In this document: in pieces, positions 24,828-33,918 of the stretch
Position numbering within the stretch: position 1 is the first letter of the stretch
Layout: each line of letters opens with the position of its first letter
Made by a program: the position numbers and the translations under genes
Notes under the pieces: model-generated
What the model saw: only the letters and a program-made list of their open reading frames with translations
What the model was told of the DNA's origin: nothing
Database searches by the model: none
Source of the DNA: an uncultured Dehalococcoidaceae bacterium
Lineage (GTDB): Bacteria > Chloroflexota > Dehalococcoidia > Dehalococcoidales > RBG-16-60-22
Assembly: GCA_964597015.1 (NCBI GenBank)
Contig: CAZQWO010000002.1
Location: 3,739-38,637, forward strand
Direction: 5' to 3'
Length of the DNA stretch: 34,899 nt

Positions 24828-26708
24828 CTAAGATACAGTTGCCGGCTCCCCGGATGTTACCACTACCGCACCAAACTTGGGGGGACAAACGTTAAGACAG
24901 GTTCCGCATCGGGTGCATTTGCTCTGGTCTATGACGTGTACCTCGCGCTTACCACCCTGAATTGCTGCCGCGGGGCAAGCCCTGGCGCAGATGCCGCATC
25001 CTTTGCACTTCTCCGGGTCAATCCGGTAGGTCAGCAGCGCCTTGCAGAATGATGCCGGGCAGCGTCTTTCCGAGATATGCGCTTCATATTCATCGCGGAA
25101 GTAGCGAATGGTAGTCAGCACCGGGTTGGGCGCTGTCCCGCCCAGGGCACAGAGGGAGCCGTCTTTAACCGCTTCGCCCAGTTCCAGCAGCAACTCGATG
25201 TCTCCATCTTTACCTCTGCCGCTGGTGATATCTTCCAGGATATCCAGCATCTGCTTGGTGCCAAGTCGGCACATTATGCATTTACCACAGGACTCGGCCT
25301 GGGTAAAGGTCAGAAAATATCGGGCCACATCAACCATGCAGGTGCTCTCGTCCATCACCACCATGCCGCCGGACCCCATAATGGCACCGGCCGCGGCCAG
25401 AGACTCATATTCAACCGGGGTATCGAGTAAGCTGGCGGGGAGGCAGCCTCCAGATGGGCCGCCGGTCTGTATCGCTTTGAAGCCCTTGCCTTCGGCGATG
25501 CCACCCCCGATGCCGTAAATGATTTCGCGCAGGGTGATGCCCATAGGCACCTCGATAAGTCCTGTTCGCTCAACTTTGCCCACCAGAGAAAAGGTCTTGG
25601 TTCCCTTGCTCTTTTCCGTACCATAGCTGGCATACCAGCCCGCACCTCGCTGGAGTATAGCCGAGACATTGGCCCAGGTCTCCACATTATTTATGTTGGT
25701 GGGTTTACCCCATAAACCTGATTGAGCGGGAAATGGGGGGCGGGGTCTGGGCATACCGCGGTTGCCTTCGATAGAGGCTATCATGGCTGTCTCCTCGCCG
25801 CAAACGAAGGCGCCGGCCCCTTCCTTTATCTTGATATGGAAGTTGAAGCCGGAGCCCATGATTCCCTTGCCCAGCAACCCGCACTCTTGCATCTGCTGGA
25901 GCGCGACCTTAAGCCGACGAATCGCCAGGGGATACTCGGCTCGTATATAGATGTAGCCCTCTGAGGCACCGATGGCATAGGCGCCGATGAGAAGCCCTTC
26001 CAGAACGGCATGGGGGTCGCCTTCCAGCAAAGCCCGGTCCATAAAAGCACCGGGGTCTCCTTCATCGGCATTACAAATGATATACTTGGTTTTCCCGGGG
26101 GCGTCATGACAGAATTGCCACTTAACGCCGGTGGTAAAGCCGGCGCCTCCCCGCCCGCGCAAGCCGGATTTCTTGACCTCGTCAATCACTTCCTGTGGTT
26201 TCATCTTGAGCGCGCGGCTCAGGCCGTCATAGCCGCCGTTGGCGATATAATGATGGATTTCAGAGGGGTCGATATTGCCGCAGTTGCGTAAAGCAATGCG
26301 AACTTGAGGCTTCAGTACCGGCAGGTCAAAAAGCATTGGAATCCCTTCAATATTTCCCTCGCCACGGGTACCGAGGGCCAGGTCAGGGCGCGGATTATCC
26401 CCGACCAGGTAGTCCCGCACAATCTCCGGGATAAGCTCAGGTTGCAGGTGCCCGTAGAAGACGCTGGGCCTGCCCGGCTTGCTCACTTCCAGCAACGGTT
26501 CCGCATAGCAAAGGCCTATACAGCCCACCTGAATGATTTCAGCCTGTATCCCGGCCTTTTCCAGTTCCTGATTAAGGGTCTCAAGTATATCCCCTGCCCC
26601 GGCGGCGATACCGCAGGTGCCCATGCCGATTAAAATACGGGGTACAGGGCTACTCTGTGTGGCTTCCCATTGCGCTATTGCCCGCCTTTTCCTATCTTTA
26701 AACTGCAT
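24828..26708 (-). CDS. NuoF/HydB-like NAD(P)H-FMN-FeS subunit with N-terminal Trx-like 2Fe-2S domain and C-terminal 2x[4Fe-4S] ferredoxin domain
   Basis: GLRGRGGAGFTTGVKW, ICNADEGDPGAF, ESCGKCIMCR, CKGCGICARACP and CTRCGTCLNVCP. 626 aa. Confidence 0.88.
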   Translation of the reverse strand: MQFKDRKRRAIAQWEATQSSPVPRILIGMGTCGIAAGAGDILETLNQELEKAGIQAEIIQVGCIGLCYAEPLLEVSKPGRPSVFYGHLQPELIPEIVRDYLVGDNPRPDLALGTRGEGNIEGIPMLFDLPVLKPQVRIALRNCGNIDPSEIHHYIANGGYDGLSRALKMKPQEVIDEVKKSGLRGRGGAGFTTGVKWQFCHDAPGKTKYIICNADEGDPGAFMDRALLEGDPHAVLEGLLIGAYAIGASEGYIYIRAEYPLAIRRLKVALQQMQECGLLGKGIMGSGFNFHIKIKEGAGAFVCGEETAMIASIEGNRGMPRPRPPFPAQSGLWGKPTNINNVETWANVSAILQRGAGWYASYGTEKSKGTKTFSLVGKVERTGLIEVPMGITLREIIYGIGGGIAEGKGFKAIQTGGPSGGCLPASLLDTPVEYESLAAAGAIMGSGGMVVMDESTCMVDVARYFLTFTQAESCGKCIMCRLGTKQMLDILEDITSGRGKDGDIELLLELGEAVKDGSLCALGGTAPNPVLTTIRYFRDEYEAHISERRCPASFCKALLTYRIDPEKCKGCGICARACPAAAIQGGKREVHVIDQSKCTRCGTCLNVCPPKFGAVVVTSGEPATVS

Positions 26709-27220
26709 TACGTTTCCTCTTTGCGGGCAAGTATCTTCTTCGCTTTTTCCGTCGTCATTCGGCCGTATACCCGGTCATTAACGACCACAACCGGAGCTAA
26801 GGCACAGGACCCGAAGCAGGCGACTGTCTCCAGAGTGTATTCCAGGTCAGGCGTGGTTTCTCCGGCTTTGATGCCCAGTTCACCTTCCAGTGCTTCGAGG
26901 ATACTTGTCGCCCCGCGCACGTAACATCCCGTGCCCCGGCATACTCTAATGATGTTTCGTCCCGTGGGGACGAGCTTGAATTGCGCGTAAAATGTGGCGA
27001 TGCCAAAGACCGTGCTTTCTGGCACATCTAAATAACGGGCTATCTGCTTTAGCCCTACCTCAGGCAGATAGCCAAGTCTCTGCTGGACTTCCTGCAATAC
27101 TGGTATCAGCTCAGACCTTTCCCCTCTATATGATTCCAGGGCCTCATTTACTTGGCTTAATAAAATCTCTTTCTGTTCCCGCACTATTTCAGGCGCCTTT
27201 ACCGGTCGGGAAATCCCCAT
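26708..27220 (-). CDS. NuoE/HydC-like [2Fe-2S] subunit
   Basis: CRGTGCYVRG ... CFGSCALAP. 170 aa. The stop overlaps the next start as TAATG. Confidence 0.85.
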   Translation of the reverse strand: MGISRPVKAPEIVREQKEILLSQVNEALESYRGERSELIPVLQEVQQRLGYLPEVGLKQIARYLDVPESTVFGIATFYAQFKLVPTGRNIIRVCRGTGCYVRGATSILEALEGELGIKAGETTPDLEYTLETVACFGSCALAPVVVVNDRVYGRMTTEKAKKILARKEET

Positions 27221-27409
27221 ACGTGACCTCGCTTAAAGCAACATTTTTTGAATTTCTATCAGTCTATCACGGGCATGGGCGATAGGACAAGTAATCAGCT
27301 GGGCGGGTTCTGCTCGGTTGTGGTTGGTGGCTATTTAGGCCTCGAAAGTGGAGCTGGGGTGACAATAGGTAGAACTTTTGAGCATGTCTTTGCTCTTACA
27401 TTCTAAGGG

Positions 27410-27456
27410 TACCTGCTACACAATTCAAGCATGTATTACCTGAACTGCACAATTCA
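27410..27456. promoter_or_regulatory. Direct repeat TACCTG-N3/5-CACAATTCA x2 upstream of the FDH operon
   Basis: Copies at 27410..27427 and 27437..27456, in a 306-nt non-coding gap. Confidence 0.3.
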
Positions 27457-27461
27457 GACTT

Positions 27462-27480
27462 TTGTTACCTAGGGTAACAA
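27462..27480. promoter_or_regulatory. 19-nt palindrome TTGTTACC-TAG-GGTAACAA (operator-like)
   Basis: Perfect 8-bp arms. No adjacent U-tract on either strand, so it is unlikely to be a terminator. Confidence 0.35.
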
Positions 27481-27526
27481 CCTACGCGACTATTGCATTC
27501 CAAAATCAAGATGAAACCGGTCTAGC

Positions 27527-28555
27527 TTATGCTGATGGAACATGAGCAACAGGTTCTACAGGTAGACTTTTTGGCTTATGGACTGGTTCCCAGATACAAT
27601 GGAGGGGTGGAATGTTGATATAATTGAAACCACCAGCTTTTTCCTTGGGGTCTCCAAAGTGCCCTCTCTGTATACTGGTGAAACCCTGCGCAGTCAATAA
27701 CCCTGAGACCTCGTCAATATCGTCGCACAAGAACTTAAGGTGATGGAGGCTTTCCCCATGCTCATCTATCCAGTCCTGGTATAGAGAGTCTCCTTCCACC
27801 GACTGGACTAGCTCTAACTCCAGGTCTCCAATATACGCATGGGCGATTCTTTCCCTTGCCCAAGCGGGCTTGCCATAGTAGAAGCGGTCATAAAGTACGT
27901 GAGAGCCCCAATCTCGTATCTCCCACGGGCCAATGCCCAGAATATTCCAGTAATTTTCCGCGGTCTGTATCACGTCCTTAACGCAGAGCGCCACCTGCTT
28001 TATCTCAGTGACCTTGACCTTAGCTGGACTAACCGCCTTCGGGTCTTCGGGAAAGAGCCTGGCACCCATAGGGTTACCGCCGGTGCGATTGCTCGTTTCC
28101 CAGACTACCTTAAGCGGTTTCATCAAATCAAAATAGGCAAACTGGTTTTTCAGTTCCGGGCCGAAGTGCCCGCCCTGAATGGCGGGAAATCCCAGATTCG
28201 CCATCTCGCCCTTTATCCGGTCAATGTCGAGGTCTTCGGTGAGGAACTTCATGTGGTGCAACCCTTCCCCGTGCTCGTCAATCCAGTCCTGGTAGATAGA
28301 TGACCCCTCCAACGTCTCAAAAAGTTCAAGTTCTATCGGCCCGACCTGGGTGACTGCTCCTAGATACCTGCCCCAAGCCGGTTTGCCATAGTAGTGCAGG
28401 TCAGGGATACGCAGCGAACCAAATTCAAAAACTGCCCACGGCCCGATGCCTAAGATGTTCCAGTACGCTTCCATGCTCTTCTGCAGGTTATTACACACAA
28501 TGCAGACCTGCTGTATCTGTGTAGCTTTAACTCTGGCTGGACTCTGTGCCGTCAT
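27527..28555 (-). CDS. Tandem two-module VOC family protein (internal duplication)
   Basis: The halves align: ..YWNILGIGPW..YYGKPAW..ELELF/V..EG.S.YQDWIDEHGE.LHH.KFL.. occurs twice. AGGAGG Shine-Dalgarno sequence. Confidence 0.75.
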   Translation of the reverse strand: MTAQSPARVKATQIQQVCIVCNNLQKSMEAYWNILGIGPWAVFEFGSLRIPDLHYYGKPAWGRYLGAVTQVGPIELELFETLEGSSIYQDWIDEHGEGLHHMKFLTEDLDIDRIKGEMANLGFPAIQGGHFGPELKNQFAYFDLMKPLKVVWETSNRTGGNPMGARLFPEDPKAVSPAKVKVTEIKQVALCVKDVIQTAENYWNILGIGPWEIRDWGSHVLYDRFYYGKPAWARERIAHAYIGDLELELVQSVEGDSLYQDWIDEHGESLHHLKFLCDDIDEVSGLLTAQGFTSIQRGHFGDPKEKAGGFNYINIPPLHCIWEPVHKPKSLPVEPVAHVPSA

Positions 28556-28597
28556 GTATGCAACCTCCTGAAAGATATTTCCGCAGTGGAATTCACC

Positions 28598-29497
28598 TTA
28601 TTTTCTATTTGCTTCTCTTGAAGATAATGAATCAACAAAACTGATTAAATCCTTTGCCTGCCAGTAGGTCATGTAGTCTATCATCTTGCCTTCCAGTGAG
28701 GTAGCGCCCGCTCCTTTGCTCTGGGCTTCTTCGAAGGCTTCAACCACTTTCCGGGCGAAGGCTATGTCATCTGGTGATGGCGAAAATACCTCGTTAGCGA
28801 TATCAATCTGTGTTGGGTGAATCAGATATTTTCCCTTGTAACCCAGCTGTAAGGCAAGCACTGCTTCCTTTCTGAAGCTGTCCAAGTCAGTGAGAAGCCC
28901 GAAAAAAGCGGTATCTATGGCCTGGACTCCGGCGGCCCGCCCGGCTATGGCTACTTTCGACCGGGCGAATAGCAGCTCCGTCTGCTCGGGGGTAATAGAG
29001 GCGGTGCTTCGCCCCATATCCCGGTAGTAGTCACCGGCGCCGAAACTGGTAGCGAATATGCGCTCGCTGGCCGAGGCTATTTCATAGGCGTTGATTATCC
29101 CTTTGGCTGTTTCCAAAATAGGGCTAATTTTAACTGTGCCCACCGCCACACCACTTTTCACCTCAGCTTCTTCAAGCATGCCGTCCAGCTTGACTATATC
29201 AGCGCCTGTCTCCGCCTTGGCGAGCAACACGCCGTCCAGGCCGTTGACGACGATGCAGCTTAAGTCTTCGGCGGTAAGCCCGGTGGTGAGGGCATTAATA
29301 CGCACGAAAACAGAGGAGTCGCCAGCCTTCCCAGTTTCTATCGCGTCTCTGACCATGCTTCGTGCCGTTGCCTTGTCTTTCAGCGGCACTGCGTCTTCAA
29401 GGTCAAAGATAATCCCATCGGCAGGAAGGGAAGCCGCTTTCGAAATCATCTTGGGGTTGTTTCCGGGCACAAAAAGCATTGAACGTAAGACCATCAT
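28598..29497 (-). CDS. CitE/HpcH-fold acyl-CoA lyase (malyl-/citramalyl-CoA lyase-like)
   Basis: RSMLFVPGNNPKMISKA...DGIIFDLEDAV and later E/D metal ligands. The ATG at 29497 (MMVLRS..) is preferred over the ORF-track GTG at 29548. Confidence 0.75.
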   Translation of the reverse strand: MMVLRSMLFVPGNNPKMISKAASLPADGIIFDLEDAVPLKDKATARSMVRDAIETGKAGDSSVFVRINALTTGLTAEDLSCIVVNGLDGVLLAKAETGADIVKLDGMLEEAEVKSGVAVGTVKISPILETAKGIINAYEIASASERIFATSFGAGDYYRDMGRSTASITPEQTELLFARSKVAIAGRAAGVQAIDTAFFGLLTDLDSFRKEAVLALQLGYKGKYLIHPTQIDIANEVFSPSPDDIAFARKVVEAFEEAQSKGAGATSLEGKMIDYMTYWQAKDLISFVDSLSSREANRK

Positions 29498-29598
29498 TTT
29501 GGTGATACATCTCCTTTGCAGTATTCTTCTCTGGCATAACGTGGACACAGCCTGCAGTGAAAAACCGCAAACGACGTGGTGTTAAACTGACTTGAAAC

Positions 29599-31722
29599 TC
29601 AAGCTCCATTAATAACTATTAATGCATCCACGGCCATTACCCCTTTATTTTGCGGCCGCACAATTAAAGGATTTATATCCAGTTCCGTTATTTGCTCTTT
29701 TGCGGCCATGGCCAGGCTGGATAAATTCAACAGTGTTTTTTCTAGTGCTGCAATATCGGCTGGCGCTTTTCCACGAAAGCCTTCCAGTATTCTAAAACCT
29801 TTTATCTCACGAATCATTTCCTGAGCGTCAAATTCATTAATTGGACATACCCTGACACTGAAGTCTCTAAGAACTTCAGTGAAAATGCCGCCAAGTCCAA
29901 AAAGTAAAACGTGGCCCATCATGGAATCCTGTTTGATTCCCATTATTACCTCTGTGCCATCTGCCACCATTTCCTGAATTAAAATACCCCTGATTGAAGC
30001 AGATGATTCCAGTGTTGAGATTATTTCCTGCACTTCAAGAAAAGCCTTTTCCACCTCAGCTCCGGAACGTAGTCCTACCTTTACCAATCCCAGTTCTGTC
30101 TTATGGGGTAAGTCTGGAGAGTCAACCTTCATCACTACCGGATAGCCGATGCCATCCGCCAGTTTTCCCGCCTCCTCAACGCTGTTAGTTAAACCGCCTT
30201 TGGGTATGTCGATGCCGAAGGAGGAGAGTAATTTAAGGCTTTCCATTAACCCCAGAGGCCCCTTCTGTTTCGGAATATTAAACTTCACCGGAGAGCTAGC
30301 GGCGGCTTTACGGTGACCGCTACCGGCGGTATAATACTCTCTTATTCTATGATAATACAGGGAAGCGTTTATGGCTTTGCCGAGAGTCTCCGCACCGTAA
30401 AATATGGGAACCCGGCTGGATTGTAGCAGCTTTAGTCCATTAACCTCACGCTCACTACCCGTCCATAACATCGCTAACGGTTTCTGAGTTTTCCCGGCAA
30501 CGCCGATTATGCGCTCGGCCTGGTTATCCGACCCGGCAGTCCCTAAAACCACCCCTCCGTACAAATCGTCATTTATCATAAGGTTAAGAATATCCACGAG
30601 GTCCTCTTCAAAAGCATGCCAGGTAATATCTGCCGGATTTGCCGAGGAACCAAACCCTTTCAAAATATCCTCCAGACCCTGCCTGGTGGCATCCGATGGT
30701 TGGGGTACTTCCATAATCTGCTCGCATTTATCTGCCAGAAGAGAAGCTACCCCTCCCGAATGTGCCACAATTCCTACGCTTTTCTTGTGAAAAAGGGGAG
30801 TTTTGGTCAGCAGCGAAGTGACATCAAGCACTTCATCCCAGTCGTCCAGTCTGATTACTCCGGTTTGTTTAAAGAGCGCATCGTAATCCTGGTCTGACCC
30901 TGTCATAGAAGCGGTATGGGACAGGGCTGCTCGCTGGCCGGCAGACGAGCGTCCGATTTTGATGGCCACTATTGGTTTACCCAGCGCCAGAGCTTCTTCG
31001 GCCACAATCCGGAATTTCTCGGTGTCTTTAACAGCCTCGAAGTAGGCTACTATTGCTTTCACCTCTGGCCTGTGAATACAATAGCGAATGAAGTCACTGG
31101 TGTCCAGGTCAGCTTCGTTGCCCGTAGAAATAACATAGGCAAGATCGAGCCCTCGGTCACGCGCCCTTGCCAGGAAGGGACCAAATGCTGTTGCTCCGCT
31201 CTGGCAAACCATAGCAATATTACCGGCAGTGATAGTCTGAATATCAGGGAGTGCCGCAGAACAGGACCAGATGTGGTCTGTAACATTGGCAATGCCAAGG
31301 CAGTTGGGCCCGCATAAACGCATGCCAGTGTGACTGGTGAAATCCTTCAGAGCCTGCTGGGCTGCCCTCCGGTCGTCAGTTCCTTTTTCAGCAAAGCCAG
31401 CGGTAATAATGACGCCAGTTTTCACTCCTTTACGAGCACATTCCTCAAGTACAGGCATGGTGCTTTCAAAGGGCACAATTACTGCGGCGAGGTCCGGCAC
31501 TTCTGGCAGTGAACTAACATCAGGGTAACAACGAACACCCATTATCTCCTCGTGGCGAGGGTTAATGGGGAAAATGGAACCGCCATATCCGGCTTCAAGC
31601 AGATTATTTAGAAATCGTCCTCCGTATTGAAGCCTGGCGGACGCACCGATAATAGCGATTGACCGCGGATGCAGCATTATCTCAATTCGTTCCATAACCT
31701 GCTCATTTTGCTTTTGCGTCAT
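29599..31722 (-). CDS. ADP-forming (NDP-forming) acyl-CoA synthetase, fused alpha/beta (ACD family)
   Basis: PRSIAIIGAS CoA-binding N-terminus, ligase-CoA domain with a phospho-His-loop-like GHSGG-type region, and a C-terminal ATP-grasp. 707 aa. Confidence 0.8.
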   Translation of the reverse strand: MTQKQNEQVMERIEIMLHPRSIAIIGASARLQYGGRFLNNLLEAGYGGSIFPINPRHEEIMGVRCYPDVSSLPEVPDLAAVIVPFESTMPVLEECARKGVKTGVIITAGFAEKGTDDRRAAQQALKDFTSHTGMRLCGPNCLGIANVTDHIWSCSAALPDIQTITAGNIAMVCQSGATAFGPFLARARDRGLDLAYVISTGNEADLDTSDFIRYCIHRPEVKAIVAYFEAVKDTEKFRIVAEEALALGKPIVAIKIGRSSAGQRAALSHTASMTGSDQDYDALFKQTGVIRLDDWDEVLDVTSLLTKTPLFHKKSVGIVAHSGGVASLLADKCEQIMEVPQPSDATRQGLEDILKGFGSSANPADITWHAFEEDLVDILNLMINDDLYGGVVLGTAGSDNQAERIIGVAGKTQKPLAMLWTGSEREVNGLKLLQSSRVPIFYGAETLGKAINASLYYHRIREYYTAGSGHRKAAASSPVKFNIPKQKGPLGLMESLKLLSSFGIDIPKGGLTNSVEEAGKLADGIGYPVVMKVDSPDLPHKTELGLVKVGLRSGAEVEKAFLEVQEIISTLESSASIRGILIQEMVADGTEVIMGIKQDSMMGHVLLFGLGGIFTEVLRDFSVRVCPINEFDAQEMIREIKGFRILEGFRGKAPADIAALEKTLLNLSSLAMAAKEQITELDINPLIVRPQNKGVMAVDALIVINGA

Positions 31723-31822
31723 TATTACACCTCATATCTGGCAATAGTACATGAACTACTTCTGTACTATCCGTAGATAATGTTTGACTGCATCTTTAGT
31801 AAAAATCTCAATTCATTTATCA

Positions 31823-32806
31823 CTACAGGTTTAAGATACGCTTGGCGTTTTCGGCCAGAACCAACCGTTTTTCCTCGTCGGTGAGTGGGAGACGCAGAAT
31901 CTGTTCTAGCTGTGGCTGTACAGGGATGGGGCAGAAGTCCGAGCCGAACATTACCCGGTCGACTCCTATCTTGCGCATTACCCTGACCGCATCTTCTTCC
32001 GCAAGAGACCGGCGTGGAGTGATGGGGAGCATATCTGAAGCTGCAAAGGCCTGGGAGGTATCAAAAAATACGTTGGGATATTTCTGGGCCAGCTCGATTC
32101 TTTCATCCCACCAGGCAGAACCAAGATGGGCAAGCACCAGAGTCAAACGCGGGAATTCCTCAAGCACCCTAGCAAAATTCTTTGGCTCAGCATAGTCTAC
32201 AGTTTCTACGTAGTTCTTCTCAATTATGGGCATAGGATAAGCCGCTAAGACGGGTGAATGAGGGTAGGGCCCTGAATCTGCCATAATTGGCAGACCCAGC
32301 TCCTGACATTTTTCGTATACCGGCCAGTATCGTTCGTCATTCGGGAAAAAGGAGAACATGCCAGGGTGAAATTTCACTCCCTTTGCCCCCTGATGAAACC
32401 GGAGGGTTACTTCATCTACCATTGCCCTGGCATCCCCGAGGTCGTCGGAAATACAGATGAAAGGGTATAATTGTGGAAAACGTTTTCCGGTTTCACAACC
32501 CCACTCGTTCAGGGTACGCAAGAGCGGTGCTATTTGTTGACTGATCTTTTTCCTTTCTTCCTGTCTCTGTTTCTCAGGAAGTTCATTTAACCTGGCCTTT
32601 AGTTTGAGAGGGCCGCGATCCTGACGTGGTATCAGAATCATGAAGGCTAACTTTGATATACCCATCAATTCCATGAATTGAATGACTCTCTCCGGAGTGC
32701 CATAGCGATTCAGATTACGGCGTCCGGGAACCAGACAATAACCAGCCTCTTCTTCAACTGTCCTGACCAGGTGTGTGTGTGCATCTATGACTTCGAAGTC
32801 TTCCAT
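31823..32806 (-). CDS. Amidohydrolase_2-type metal-dependent hydrolase (paralog P3, 327 aa)
   Basis: IDAHTHL, KFHPG, LAHLG, FDTS, FGSD. Gap-free alignment with P1 and P2. Confidence 0.8.
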   Translation of the reverse strand: MEDFEVIDAHTHLVRTVEEEAGYCLVPGRRNLNRYGTPERVIQFMELMGISKLAFMILIPRQDRGPLKLKARLNELPEKQRQEERKKISQQIAPLLRTLNEWGCETGKRFPQLYPFICISDDLGDARAMVDEVTLRFHQGAKGVKFHPGMFSFFPNDERYWPVYEKCQELGLPIMADSGPYPHSPVLAAYPMPIIEKNYVETVDYAEPKNFARVLEEFPRLTLVLAHLGSAWWDERIELAQKYPNVFFDTSQAFAASDMLPITPRRSLAEEDAVRVMRKIGVDRVMFGSDFCPIPVQPQLEQILRLPLTDEEKRLVLAENAKRILNL

Positions 32807-32925
32807 CCTCTCTCCTCACCAGCTTATGAATTTTTCTGAATCTACGATAGTGCCCGTTAAACCGCTCAATCAAGGCTTCAGAATCGTTCAATGCCTAAAG
32901 GCTCTGCATTTGTGCACAGCAGGGC

Positions 32926-33918
32926 TTAGCGTTTAAGTTGCTGGGAGCCGTAAAAGTACCGGGGCGGTCGCAGCTTATGCCAGACCTCGTCACAGGCAGT
33001 CTGCTCTTCTTCAGACAGTTGAATTTCAGTTGCTATTAGATTTTCTTCAAGCTGCCGGACCGAAGAGGCCCCCATAATAGTAGCTGTTACTTGCTCATTG
33101 CCAAGTATCCAGGCGAGAGAAAACTGGGGCAAACTGCAACCATGCGTCTGGGCAAGCTTCTTAAGTTGGTCCACCGCCTCGAAATTGCCGGGTGTCCAGT
33201 AACGGCCTTTATATGCTGACCCCATGCGTTCGTGCGAAAACCTGCCTTTGGCCGGCGGTTTATCTTGCTGGTGTTTCCCGGTAAGAAGACCGCCAGCTAA
33301 TGGATTATAGACGCAGACGCCTACTCCCTCATAGTTGCAGAGGGGCAGGAGTTCGGTTTCAATATCCTGTGATAGCAGATTATAAAGCGACTGAATACAG
33401 CTAAAACGTGCCATGTTCTGAAGTTCACTGGCCCAGAGTGCTTCGCATAGCTGCCAGGCAAAAAAATTGGAACAGCCGATATATCGCACCTTACCCTGTT
33501 TTACTATGTCATCAAGAGCACCCAGGGTCTCCTCGATAGGTGTTCCCTCGTCCCACCAGTGCACATAGTACAGGTCAATATAGTCTGTGCCAAGACGACG
33601 CAAACTTCCCTCGATACCATCCATAATGTGTTTACGTGATAACCCGATGTCATTAATACCCGGCCCTGCCGCCATCCCGACCTTTGTGGCCAGTACTACA
33701 GACTGACGCCCCCCTTTTATTAACTTACCTACGATTTCTTCCGATCTGCCTTTGGCATAAACAACATCCGCGGTATCAATAAAATTAACGCCGGAATCGA
33801 TCGCTTTGTGGAATATTTCTGTTGACTCTGCCTCACCTAGTTGGTCACCAAATAACATCGTACCGAGGCAAACTTCGGAAACCATAAGCCCGGTTCTTCC
33901 CAGTTTTCGATATCTCAT
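32926..33918 (-). CDS. Aldo/keto reductase
   Basis: MRYRKLGRTGLMVSEVCLGTMLFG, IDTADVY, DLYYVHWWD and GCSNF blocks. 330 aa. Confidence 0.85.
   Translation of the reverse strand: MRYRKLGRTGLMVSEVCLGTMLFGDQLGEAESTEIFHKAIDSGVNFIDTADVVYAKGRSEEIVGKLIKGGRQSVVLATKVGMAAGPGINDIGLSRKHIMDGIEGSLRRLGTDYIDLYYVHWWDEGTPIEETLGALDDIVKQGKVRYIGCSNFFAWQLCEALWASELQNMARFSCIQSLYNLLSQDIETELLPLCNYEGVGVCVYNPLAGGLLTGKHQQDKPPAKGRFSHERMGSAYKGRYWTPGNFEAVDQLKKLAQTHGCSLPQFSLAWILGNEQVTATIMGASSVRQLEENLIATEIQLSEEEQTACDEVWHKLRPPRYFYGSQQLKR

Noticed and set aside
27273-27404. A 43-codon ORF (MGDRTSNQLGGF...) in the FDH upstream gap.
   Set aside because: It has no Shine-Dalgarno sequence and no recognisable motif, and it lies in a region better explained as regulatory DNA.
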